NCBI GenBank assembly: GCA_036752125.1
Contig: DAIOTH010000001.1
Coordinates: forward strand, 8,642-72,641
Source of the DNA: Candidatus Nanopelagicaceae bacterium
GTDB taxonomy: Bacteria > Actinomycetota > Actinomycetes > Nanopelagicales > Nanopelagicaceae
Length of the DNA stretch: 64,000 bases
Reading direction: 5' to 3'
Part shown: in pieces, positions 22,624 to 31,552 of the stretch
How the letters are laid out: each line of letters begins with the position of its first letter
Numbering within the stretch: the stretch's first letter is position 1
Translations under genes and position numbers: made by a program
Notes under the pieces: model-generated
What the model saw: the letters and a program-made list of their open reading frames with translations, nothing else
Database searches by the model: none
What the model was told of the DNA's origin: nothing

Positions 22624-23809
22624 GCGTCTTTTTACTTCTGAATCGGTAACAGAAGGACATCCTGACAAGATTGCTGATGCAATTTCTGATGCAGTACTGG
22701 ATTCCCTATTAACTCAGGATCCAAAGAGTCGTGTGGCTTGTGAAACGCTGATCACAACGGGCCAGGTCCATGTGGCGGGAGAAGTCACAACCGATGGTTA
22801 TGCCGACGTAAATGGATTGGTTCGTGAAACGGTTTTAAACATCGGGTATGACAGCTCTGAGAAGGGTTTTGATGGGAATAGCTGCGGCGTATCTATTTCT
22901 ATCGGCCAGCAATCTCAAGATATCGCAGTTGGCGTTGATCACGCTGTAGAAGAACGCTTATCTAAATCCACTGATCCGCTTGATCTTCAAGGCGCTGGCG
23001 ATCAAGGCTTGATGTTCGGATATGCAACTCGTGATACCAAAGAACTGATGCCGCTACCTATAGCAATGGCTCATCGACTCGCAGAAGAACTAACCCGTCA
23101 ACGCAAAAATGGGACGTTAAGTTACCTCCGCCCTGATGGGAAAACTCAAGTCACTATTGAGTACGACGGTGACAAGCCAGTTGCATTGGATACCGTCGTG
23201 ATTTCTTCTCAACATTCACCTGAAGTGGATTTAGATAAAACCTTGGCACCTGACATCAAGAAACATGTCATTGATCCAGTAATTTCTACTTTTAACTTAT
23301 CTTCAACAAACGTGAGAGTTCTTGTAAATCCCACTGGCCGTTTTGTTATTGGCGGGCCTATGGGCGATGCGGGTCTTACTGGAAGAAAGATTATTGTCGA
23401 CACTTACGGAGGAATGGCGAGACATGGAGGAGGAGCTTTCAGCGGAAAGGATCCCTCAAAGGTCGACCGCTCTGCTGCCTATGCAATGAGATGGGTTGCT
23501 AAGAATGTTGTTGCGGCGGGATTAGCAGACCGCTGCGAAGTTCAGGTTGCTTACGCTATTGGTAAAGCACAACCAGTTGGTTTATTTGTCGAAACTTTTG
23601 GAACTGAAAAAGTGCCAGTTAATCAAATTTCAGATGCTGTATTGAAAGTTTTTGATCTCCGTCCTGCTGCAATCATCCGAGATCTCAATCTACTAAGACC
23701 TATTTATTCCAAAACTAGCGCGTATGGACATTTCGGCCGGGAGCTTCCTGAATTTACTTGGGAAAGAACTGACCGGGCAGATTTGCTCGCTCGCGAAGTA
23801 AAAGGCTAA
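22616..23809 (+). CDS. metK: S-adenosylmethionine synthase
   Basis: [18 protein letters not shown] starts at 22616. [12 protein letters not shown] and GGGAFSGKD motifs. Confidence 0.96.
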   Translation: MAKRLFTSESVTEGHPDKIADAISDAVLDSLLTQDPKSRVACETLITTGQVHVAGEVTTDGYADVNGLVRETVLNIGYDSSEKGFDGNSCGVSISIGQQSQDIAVGVDHAVEERLSKSTDPLDLQGAGDQGLMFGYATRDTKELMPLPIAMAHRLAEELTRQRKNGTLSYLRPDGKTQVTIEYDGDKPVALDTVVISSQHSPEVDLDKTLAPDIKKHVIDPVISTFNLSSTNVRVLVNPTGRFVIGGPMGDAGLTGRKIIVDTYGGMARHGGGAFSGKDPSKVDRSAAYAMRWVAKNVVAAGLADRCEVQVAYAIGKAQPVGLFVETFGTEKVPVNQISDAVLKVFDLRPAAIIRDLNLLRPIYSKTSAYGHFGRELPEFTWERTDRADLLAREVKG

Positions 23810-23817
23810 ATAACGCT

Positions 23818-25686
23818 GTGGCGACCGAGAAGCCACTCTCACTTCGCCGCCAAAGGGGAGCCGCGCAGACTCCAAGATCTGGACATACAAATGTCGCCAA
23901 TATTCAGGTAGAGGTTTTCGTTGACAATGGAATCTTTCACTTAGATGAACCTTATTCCTATTCAGTAAGGGAAGAGCTACGCGGAGAGATCAATGTTGGA
24001 ACTATCGTTTGGGTTCCTTTCAATAATCAAAAAGTACTCGGCGTGGTGAAAGCCATCAGCAGTGGATCTGCTTCAGGGCTTAAATTTGTTGATTCGATAG
24101 CTCTATCGCCGGGATTTACTCCTTCGCTTCTTGAACTAGTAGAGGCCTTAAAAAATCGATATGTCACTTCTAGATTTGATCTCTTTCGTTTCATGCTACC
24201 TCCTTTGTCCAAAGGGAAGTCAAAGTCGAGTAATGATTCCTCTGTTTCTTCAAGTAATACAGGTTCAAAAGCTAAGAAAGTGGCAAGGAAAACTGCTAGA
24301 TCTTTCGTGCTGGCCGACGTTGGCATCAGTTCCATAGATATTGCCGTCTCAACCTTGAAGAGAGATAGCGCTAAGCGAAGACTCATCATTGTTCCAACAG
24401 TCCGGGATCTCACGTCGATGAGAAGAAAGTTATTGTCAGCTGAAATTTCAGAATTTGTCGAACTTGGATCTCACCTAAAGAGCAGTGAACGACGAGAAGC
24501 TTTTGCACGGTTATCTGACGAAAATGTGAATCTTGTCATTGGAACCAGGGGCGCCATATTTGCGCCTTGGGCAGGTATAGAGGAGATTGTTGTCGTTGAT
24601 GATTTCTCGCCACATCATTACGAGATTAAATCGCCGTATTGGAACACCCGAGATGTCGCCCTATTACGGAGCGAGATTGAAAATGCGGCAATAGTATTTG
24701 TTGGCCAATCACTATCCCTCGAATTATTGCGCTTAGTTGATTCAGGTTGGATAAAACTCATTTCGCAGGCAAACTTCTTTAGTCGGACTAAGCGACAGAA
24801 GGTCGTTACAGAACCCGACTCGTACCGGTCTACCGTCAAAGAAGGGCTGAAACATGGTCCTGTACTCATCAGCGTCGTAGAGAAGAGTTATTCAAATGTC
24901 TTTAGCTGCGAGAGATGTCGAACCATTGCGAAATGTGAATGTGGCGGAAGGGTTGTAATCCAGAAAAAAGGGTTATTTGGTTGCACTATTTGTGAAAAGA
25001 GTTCAGGTAATTGGGCCTGCCAAGAATGTTCATACAGCAAATTCCGAACCATGAGAATTGGTGCGGAAAGAATTCATGACGACATAGGAAGGATGTTTCC
25101 CGGAATACCTATCCTGATCAGTACAGCGGAAAAACCTCTTATAGATGAGCTGGCTAAACAATCAATTGTTATTTCTACATTTGGCGTTGAGCCGGAGTTC
25201 TCAGGCGGTTACGGCGCAATTGTGCTACTTGGTGGAGAAGACCTTGTTAATCGTCCATTTATTAGATCGGAAGAAGAGACGCTGCATCGTTTCTTCAAAC
25301 TTCTTGGCAAGTTAAGCTCACATGGATTGATTTACTCGTCTTTACCCGCCCAGAATGGAATCTCTCAGGCGATCATCCAGCAAAACCCAATAAAGAGATT
25401 GCGTGCGGAATCGCAAGAACGTCATGCATCAGACCTTCCACCGCATACACGTTTTGTAAGAATTCATGGAGACGCACTTTCGATGCCGGGTCTCCGAAGA
25501 AAGATTGATGATGAGTTTGGTAAAAAACTCGCTTCCTATATTTCGATCGATGGCACGTCCATCACCTTAAAGATTCAACATGAATACTCTAGTGAAGTAC
25601 TTGCTTCGCTCAGGGCGCTACAGAAGCTCCGTTCTCTCAAGAAGAAAGCGCTCCTCGGTATCCATGTCGATCCTTACGACATCTAG
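23818..25686 (+). CDS. priA: primosomal protein N' (PriA) homologue with degenerate ATPase motifs
   Basis: 622 aa. Four Cys pairs (CERC, CEC, CTIC, CQEC). Position after metK. The expected Walker A is replaced by ADVGISSID and DEEH by VDDFS. Confidence 0.8.
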   Translation: MATEKPLSLRRQRGAAQTPRSGHTNVANIQVEVFVDNGIFHLDEPYSYSVREELRGEINVGTIVWVPFNNQKVLGVVKAISSGSASGLKFVDSIALSPGFTPSLLELVEALKNRYVTSRFDLFRFMLPPLSKGKSKSSNDSSVSSSNTGSKAKKVARKTARSFVLADVGISSIDIAVSTLKRDSAKRRLIIVPTVRDLTSMRRKLLSAEISEFVELGSHLKSSERREAFARLSDENVNLVIGTRGAIFAPWAGIEEIVVVDDFSPHHYEIKSPYWNTRDVALLRSEIENAAIVFVGQSLSLELLRLVDSGWIKLISQANFFSRTKRQKVVTEPDSYRSTVKEGLKHGPVLISVVEKSYSNVFSCERCRTIAKCECGGRVVIQKKGLFGCTICEKSSGNWACQECSYSKFRTMRIGAERIHDDIGRMFPGIPILISTAEKPLIDELAKQSIVISTFGVEPEFSGGYGAIVLLGGEDLVNRPFIRSEEETLHRFFKLLGKLSSHGLIYSSLPAQNGISQAIIQQNPIKRLRAESQERHASDLPPHTRFVRIHGDALSMPGLRRKIDDEFGKKLASYISIDGTSITLKIQHEYSSEVLASLRALQKLRSLKKKALLGIHVDPYDI

Positions 25687-25691
25687 ACCGT

Positions 25692-25697
25692 TACAAT
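25692..25697 (+). promoter_or_regulatory. -10 element for leaderless def
   Basis: TACAAT, then AACTCC (6 nt), then the ATG at 25704. Confidence 0.45.
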
Positions 25698-25703
25698 AAC
25701 TCC

Positions 25704-26264
25704 ATGGCAATTCAACCAATTAGGTATTTTGGCGATCCGGTACTTACAACGCCCGCGGTTGAAGTTAAAGATTTTGATAAGGAGCTTCGGAATCTGGTTC
25801 GTGATCTGACGGAAACTATGGTTGATGCACCTGGTGCAGGTTTAGCTGCTCCTCAGATCGGAGTTCCCCTGCGAGTTTTTGTCTGGCATGTAGATGATGA
25901 ATTTGGCCATTTAGTAAATCCAACTCTCGATTTGGGTGAAGAGATGCAAGAAGGAGAAGAGGGTTGTCTGTCCTTCCCCGAACTTTCATATGAGACGCCT
26001 AGAGCGATGCGTGCAGTGGCTAAGGGATGGAACATGCATGGCGAACCCCTCGTCGTTGAAGGAACTGAATTCCTAGCTCGAGCGCTGCAACATGAAACAG
26101 ATCATCTCAATGGCGTCCTATTTATTGATCGCCTTCCTGCAGAGTTAAGAAAACAAGCTATGAAGGAGATTCGCGAAGCTGAATGGTTTCTTCAGTCAGA
26201 AGCCAATGGTGCATCTTTAGAGATCAAAGTATCACCTCACGCAACCTTCGGACGTAATCTATAA
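25704..26264 (+). CDS. def: peptide deformylase
   Basis: GAGLAAPQIG, EGCLSFP and HETDHLNG motifs. Confidence 0.95.
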   Translation: MAIQPIRYFGDPVLTTPAVEVKDFDKELRNLVRDLTETMVDAPGAGLAAPQIGVPLRVFVWHVDDEFGHLVNPTLDLGEEMQEGEEGCLSFPELSYETPRAMRAVAKGWNMHGEPLVVEGTEFLARALQHETDHLNGVLFIDRLPAELRKQAMKEIREAEWFLQSEANGASLEIKVSPHATFGRNL

Positions 26265-26285
26265 ATGAAGATCGGCTTTTAATCA

Positions 26286-27194
26286 ATGAAAGTCGTAATT
26301 GCATCATCTTCCGAGATTGCAGAGCCCGTTTTAACTGCTCTCCAAGGTTCAACGCACCAAGTTCTTGCAGGAATATCTATGCCAGATAAACCTGCAGGCA
26401 GAGGAAGACTTCTTCAAGCAAACAGATTTTCAGTTCTGTGTGAAAGAGAAGGTATTCCTTTGTACAAACCAGAAAGCCGATTGGAGCTCAACGAAGTTCT
26501 CACGAGTTTAGCGCCAGATTTAGTGATTACTATCGCATACGGCCGTTTAATTAAGAGTGGTGAACTGAATATTCCTAAATATGGTTGGCTCAATATTCAC
26601 TTCTCACTTCTGCCACGATGGAGGGGAGCGGCGCCTGTCCAGAGGGCCATTCAGAATGGTGACAGCGAAACTGGTATTTCGATCTTTCAGCTTGATGAAG
26701 GTATGGACACAGGTCCCATTTTTCTCTCCAAACCCATTCCGTTGCGTGGTACTGAAACTTTCGGCAGTCTGCTTTCCGAATTGTCATCGTTGGCAGCTCC
26801 AGCGACTCTTCAAGTTCTAGAAATGATCGAAGCAGGTACCGCGCCAACGCCACAAAGTCATGAAGCGGCAACGTTGGCGCCAAAATTGAGTAAAGACGAA
26901 GCGCGTATTGAATGGCATAAAAGTGCAACGGAGATTGATCGGCAGATAAGGGCCATGAATCCCTGGCCAATAGCCTGGTCAACTCTTGATGGACAGCGAC
27001 TATCAATATTGAGCGCGGTAAAAAATGATCAAGACGGAGAACCAGGTTCCGTTATTTCCACGTCTCCATTGGTAATTGGGTGCGGCGAGAATTCGCTAGA
27101 AATCCTCTCAATTAAACCTGAAGGCAAAAAGCAGATGACCGCCAATGAATGGGTGCGAGGTGCTCGGATTTCTCAAGGTACAACTTTTCGATGA
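26286..27194 (+). CDS. fmt: methionyl-tRNA formyltransferase
   Basis: NIHFSLLPRWRGAAPVQ motif. def-fmt-rsmB order. Confidence 0.93.
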   Translation: MKVVIASSSEIAEPVLTALQGSTHQVLAGISMPDKPAGRGRLLQANRFSVLCEREGIPLYKPESRLELNEVLTSLAPDLVITIAYGRLIKSGELNIPKYGWLNIHFSLLPRWRGAAPVQRAIQNGDSETGISIFQLDEGMDTGPIFLSKPIPLRGTETFGSLLSELSSLAAPATLQVLEMIEAGTAPTPQSHEAATLAPKLSKDEARIEWHKSATEIDRQIRAMNPWPIAWSTLDGQRLSILSAVKNDQDGEPGSVISTSPLVIGCGENSLEILSIKPEGKKQMTANEWVRGARISQGTTFR

Positions 27195-28489
27195 GAGCAA
27201 TTTCCGACGCGCGTCTGCTCGCTTTCGAAGTTCTTGTAGATGTGGAACTCAATGGTGCGTATAGCAATCTGCTGCTACCAAAATTCCTTGCCAAATCCAC
27301 ACTCAGTAAAGTTGATAGAGCATTTGCCTCCGAATTGGTTTATGGAACGCTGCGGCTTAAAGGTCGCCACGATCTGTACATTGCAGAGGTAAGCAGCAGA
27401 CCGCTTTCTGAAATTGATGAGAAAGTTTTGATAGTACTTCGACTAGGCGTTCATCAACTTAAAGAGATGCGCGTACCAACACATGCAGCACTGAACGAAA
27501 CGGTTGAGCTCGCAAAGAAAGTAGCCGGTAAATCTACAAGTGGATTTGTGAACGCAATTCTCAGAAGCATTGATGGCATATCCAACCAAAATATTTCCCT
27601 ACCAAATGAAGCTCAGGCTCGATTGTCGGCGCAATATTCGCATCCAGAGTGGATTGTAAGTTCCTATTTTGATTCGCTAAAGGATGAAGCGCAGGTTGAA
27701 GAACTTTTGCAGGCGAATAATCTTCCGGCTCGCCCGACACTGATTGCTTGGCCCGGCAGGTCCACACAATCTGAGCTGGTCGAAAATGGCGCAATTCAAT
27801 TACCTGGAAGTAGCGTCGCGGTGACTTACGAGGGTGATCCTGGAGATCTCGCCGCCGTAAGAGAGCGAAGAGCTGGGGTTCAAGATTTAGGTTCACAGAT
27901 TGTTGTTGAGAAGTTTCTCGCCACATTTGAGGAGAATCTACGTTGGCTTGATTTATGCGCAGGTCCGGGAGGTAAGGCGGCATATCTCGCTAGCTATCTT
28001 AATGTGCATAGTGGAACTCTGGTGGCAAACGAAGTTTCATCAGAACGCGCAAAATTGGTTTCACAGGTTGTTGGTGAATCTATGGTTTTAAACTATGACG
28101 GGCGAAAGTTCCCGGACGATATTGAGAAGTTCGACCGCATTTTGCTGGATGCGCCATGCACGGGAATAGGCGCGCTGAGGCGCAGACCAGAAGTGAGATG
28201 GCGAAGAACCCTTCAGGATTTAAAGAACTTAACTGTCTTGCAGGCCGAATTATTAGCGTCAGCGAGATCTCTCCTCAAAGACGGTGGAATCCTGGCATAT
28301 GTAACCTGCTCATCGCATCAAGCTGAAACAAAGTTCCAGATTAGAAACTTTCTCAAGAATTTTCCCGATTTTCACCGTATCCCAGTCGCAGATAGCCGTG
28401 CCGATACTGATGGGGATTTACAATTATGGCCGCATCGAGACAACTGTGATGCAATGTTTCTTTCTATTCTTGAGAAGGGAAGAGGATGA
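27191..28489 (+). CDS. rsmB: 16S rRNA (cytosine-C5)-methyltransferase RsmB/Sun
   Basis: NusB-like N-terminal domain. DLCAGPGGKA SAM motif. DAPCTGIGALRRRPE and TCS catalytic cysteines. ATGA overlap with fmt at 27191. Confidence 0.9.
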   Translation: MRAISDARLLAFEVLVDVELNGAYSNLLLPKFLAKSTLSKVDRAFASELVYGTLRLKGRHDLYIAEVSSRPLSEIDEKVLIVLRLGVHQLKEMRVPTHAALNETVELAKKVAGKSTSGFVNAILRSIDGISNQNISLPNEAQARLSAQYSHPEWIVSSYFDSLKDEAQVEELLQANNLPARPTLIAWPGRSTQSELVENGAIQLPGSSVAVTYEGDPGDLAAVRERRAGVQDLGSQIVVEKFLATFEENLRWLDLCAGPGGKAAYLASYLNVHSGTLVANEVSSERAKLVSQVVGESMVLNYDGRKFPDDIEKFDRILLDAPCTGIGALRRRPEVRWRRTLQDLKNLTVLQAELLASARSLLKDGGILAYVTCSSHQAETKFQIRNFLKNFPDFHRIPVADSRADTDGDLQLWPHRDNCDAMFLSILEKGRG

Positions 28490-29142
28490 TTCGAATCTGT
28501 CCCAGCATTCTCAACGCTAATTTCGACGATTTACCCAATGAAATTCGTAAGGTTGCAGAGGTAGCGGATCTATTACATCTGGATGTAATGGATGATGTAT
28601 TCGTTCCGAATTTCACCTTCTCGCTAGAGAGATCTTTAGAGATTATCGAATTCTCGGCTTTACCCGTCGATGTTCACCTTATGGTTGCTGAGGTTGATAA
28701 AAAAGCGTGCGATTATGCAGCCGCAAACACTCAAAGTATCACTGTCCATTACGAAGCTTGTGAGGATCCTGTCTCAACTCTTCGGTCAATTCGAAATTCG
28801 GGCAAGCGAGCGGGATTAGCAATAAGGCCAGGTACTCCGATAGAAGTTGTTGAGGAGATTTTGGAAGAGATTGACATGATTTTGGTAATGACGGTTGAAC
28901 CTGGATTTGGAGGACAATCCTTCATGGAAAATATGATGCCTAAAGTTGCGCAAGCAAGAAAGTGGCTCAGTCAAAAAGGATTTTCTGACACGTGGCTACA
29001 AGTGGATGGGGGAGTTTCACTCTCTACTGTTCGCATTGCTTACGAAGCTGGGGCAGATACTTTTGTCGCTGGATCGGCTGTCTATAGAGCAGAAAATCCC
29101 GCTCAGATGATCAGAGATATTCGATCACAAATATTTCAATAG
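28486..29142 (+). CDS. rpe: ribulose-phosphate 3-epimerase
   Basis: ICPSILNA, HLDVMDD and VEPGFGGQSF motifs. Confidence 0.94.
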   Translation: MIRICPSILNANFDDLPNEIRKVAEVADLLHLDVMDDVFVPNFTFSLERSLEIIEFSALPVDVHLMVAEVDKKACDYAAANTQSITVHYEACEDPVSTLRSIRNSGKRAGLAIRPGTPIEVVEEILEEIDMILVMTVEPGFGGQSFMENMMPKVAQARKWLSQKGFSDTWLQVDGGVSLSTVRIAYEAGADTFVAGSAVYRAENPAQMIRDIRSQIFQ

Positions 29143-29751
29143 TTGATCTAAACCTGGTTCTTCAATCACAACGTCAGCCGCTTGATTGAGAATCTCTTTT
29201 CCTCGGTAACTTACTCCAAGCCCTGCAAGTTGAATCATTTCAAGATCATTAGAGCCATCCCCAACTGCAACACATTCACTCAGCTGCACGCCGGACATCT
29301 CGGCAAAGTCTTTGAGCGCTTGGGCTTTCCCTCTCCGATTGATCACCGTACCTATTGTTTGTCCCGTGAGATAGCCATCCACTACCTCCAAAGAATTAGC
29401 TCTCACAAAATTGAAGTTGAAATCCTTGAGAAGAGAATCCAAAACATTGAGGAATCCACCTGAGACAACGCCTATGCGATAGTCAGAACGACGTAACTCA
29501 TCGATAAGGGACTCTGCACCAGGCGTGAATGAGATGTCACCCAGAACATCCTGAAATACGCTTTCCGGCAAACCTTTAAGGAGGGCAACTCTAGCTTTCA
29601 AGGCTTCATCAAAATTGAGTTCACCCGCCATGGCTTGAGCCGTGATTCTTGAAACTTCCTCTCCGCGTGACGCTAGCGCTCCGAGAAGATCGATTACTTC
29701 TTGCTCAATGAGAGTGGAATCAACATCAAAGAGAACAAGTCGATATTTCAT
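29125..29751 (-). CDS. serB: phosphoserine phosphatase, HAD catalytic domain only
   Basis: FDVDSTLIEQEVID, SGGF and VGDGSNDLEM HAD motifs I-IV, 208 aa. Confidence 0.85.
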   Translation of the reverse strand: MKYRLVLFDVDSTLIEQEVIDLLGALASRGEEVSRITAQAMAGELNFDEALKARVALLKGLPESVFQDVLGDISFTPGAESLIDELRRSDYRIGVVSGGFLNVLDSLLKDFNFNFVRANSLEVVDGYLTGQTIGTVINRRGKAQALKDFAEMSGVQLSECVAVGDGSNDLEMIQLAGLGVSYRGKEILNQAADVVIEEPGLDQLLKYL

Positions 29752-30011
29752 AAGATTTCTAGAGCGACATCAAAATTCTTGGGTCTTAATATGGAGACCA
29801 GATCCTTTTCAATTGCAGAAGCATGCGCTGGGTCGAGCTCAATCTCCAAGGCGATGATGACGCGACCAGAAAGTGCGATGCTCTGAGAATCTGACACAGA
29901 CAAGCTAAACGGTTTAAGCGTCTCTAAGATCTCTGCGGTGAGTAAATCTCGAGTAGAAGCATCTCCAGGGCCACTAGCGAGAATAATTGCTTTCGATTTA
30001 AGTGCACTCAC
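29748..30011 (-). CDS. stand-alone ACT-like domain protein, translationally coupled to serB
   Basis: 87 aa with a beta-alpha-beta-beta-alpha-beta-like pattern. ATGA overlap with the serB start. In other Actinobacteria ACT domains are fused to the SerB N-terminus. Confidence 0.5.
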   Translation of the reverse strand: MSALKSKAIILASGPGDASTRDLLTAEILETLKPFSLSVSDSQSIALSGRVIIALEIELDPAHASAIEKDLVSILRPKNFDVALEIL

Positions 30012-30017
30012 TTGAGC

Positions 30018-30023
30018 AGTTTA
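30018..30023 (-). promoter_or_regulatory. -10 element for the leaderless ACT-serB operon
   Basis: Minus strand reads TAAACT, then GCTCAA (6 nt), then the GTG at 30011. Confidence 0.4.
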
Positions 30024-30060
30024 GCGAAGTTGCCACAGCAAACAGGTATCTTTTCGCCCT

Positions 30061-30846
30061 ATGGAGCCCTTGTTACGAGTTGATGGGGTAGTTGTCCAAC
30101 GTTCATCAAGAAATATTCTTGGTCCGATAACGTGGCATATCAACGAAGGCGAGCGTTGGGTAATTCTTGGACCAAATGGAGCTGGCAAGACAACTCTCCT
30201 GCAACTTCTTGCAGCGCTTACTCATCCTTCTCAAGGTCGAGTCACAATACTCGGTGAATCAATGGGAGCTGTTGATGTATTTGAACTGCGCCCGAGAATT
30301 GGTTTTACATCAAGTGCGATGCTAGAACTTCTGCCTCATGATGAGCGGGTAATGGACATAGTTCTCACATCTGCCTATGCCATTGCAGGTCGCTGGCAAG
30401 AAGAGTATGACTTGTGGGACGAATCGCGGGCTAAAGCGCTCTTAACAACATTTGGAGTTCGAGATCTTGGTGAACGAATCTTTGGAACCCTAAGTGAAGG
30501 CGAAAAAAAGAGAGTGCAAATCTCGCGAGCGCTGATGGCAGATCCTGAGGTGCTCCTTCTTGATGAGCCAGCCGCAGGTCTGGATCTCGGGGGGCGCGAA
30601 GATATTCTGCAGCGAATCACCGAATACACAAGCGATGCTCATTCTCCTGCGACAATTATTGTCACTCATCACATTGAGGAGATACCCGCAGGAACTACTC
30701 ACGCTCTTCTTTTAAAAGACGGCCTAGCAATTCATGCTGGAATGATTGAAGAGGTTCTCACAGAATCAAATATCAAAGAAGTTTTCGGTGTTGACATTAA
30801 CTTGGCATTTAATGGTACGCGATACTTTGCTTCTGCGAAGAACTAA
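30061..30846 (+). CDS. soluble ABC-type ATPase with no adjacent permease (ModF/YlmA-like)
   Basis: Walker A GPNGAGKTT, signature LSEGEKKR, Walker B LLLDEP, H-loop VTHH. TAATG junction with ung. Confidence 0.8.
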   Translation: MEPLLRVDGVVVQRSSRNILGPITWHINEGERWVILGPNGAGKTTLLQLLAALTHPSQGRVTILGESMGAVDVFELRPRIGFTSSAMLELLPHDERVMDIVLTSAYAIAGRWQEEYDLWDESRAKALLTTFGVRDLGERIFGTLSEGEKKRVQISRALMADPEVLLLDEPAAGLDLGGREDILQRITEYTSDAHSPATIIVTHHIEEIPAGTTHALLLKDGLAIHAGMIEEVLTESNIKEVFGVDINLAFNGTRYFASAKN

Positions 30847-31496
30847 TGCTCTTTTCATTGGTGCCGGAACCTTGGCGTGAAGTACTTATGCCGCACGAGG
30901 AGCTAATTAATTCCATTGGAAGTCAATTACAGATAAGGGCGGATAAAGGCGAGCGAATACTCCCTGATCGCAAATGGGTATTTCGGGCTCTTGAGATTCC
31001 TCCTAGTCAGGTGCGAGTTGTCATTGTTGGACAAGATCCGTACCCAAATATCTCCGATGCCATAGGACTGTCGTTCTCTGTGCCGCCGCGTAAATCGGGT
31101 TTGCCAGGTTCTTTGATGAATATCCAGAAAGAGATTATTACTGATATCGGCTCGACAACTACATCTGATGGCGATCTCACGCGTTGGGCCGACCAAGGAG
31201 TGATGTTGTTAAATCGAACTCTCACTGTCTCGGCTGGCGAAAGCGCATCGCATTCATCTCTTGGTTGGTCGGCCGTTACAGAAACGGTTGTGAAACATCT
31301 CGCCCTTCAAGGTGTCATCGCTCTCCTGTGGGGAAATTCTGCACGGGAGTTAGCTACGTTTTTCTCCGAGGATCACAGAGTTGAAGGCGTTCATCCCAGC
31401 CCGTTATCGGCACATCGCGGTTTCCTAGGCTCTAAACCATTCTCTCAAGTTAATCAAAAATTACTTGCCCAAAATCAAGCACCCATCATTTGGTAA
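30846..31496 (+). CDS. ung: uracil-DNA glycosylase (family 1)
   Basis: VIVGQDPYP water-activating loop and HPSPLSA leucine-intercalation loop. Confidence 0.93.
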   Translation: MLFSLVPEPWREVLMPHEELINSIGSQLQIRADKGERILPDRKWVFRALEIPPSQVRVVIVGQDPYPNISDAIGLSFSVPPRKSGLPGSLMNIQKEIITDIGSTTTSDGDLTRWADQGVMLLNRTLTVSAGESASHSSLGWSAVTETVVKHLALQGVIALLWGNSARELATFFSEDHRVEGVHPSPLSAHRGFLGSKPFSQVNQKLLAQNQAPIIW

Positions 31497-31504
31497 TTGA
31501 AAAG

Positions 31505-31537
31505 AAAAATGGCCCAGAATTCTCTGGGCCATTTTTT
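31505..31537. terminator. bidirectional intrinsic terminator shared by ung and the NCS2 permease
   Basis: Perfect 10-bp stem ATGGCCCAGA/TCTGGGCCAT with a 4-nt loop, flanked by an A5 run upstream and a T6 run downstream. Confidence 0.85.
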
Positions 31538-31552
31538 ACTGCTGTAACGTTA

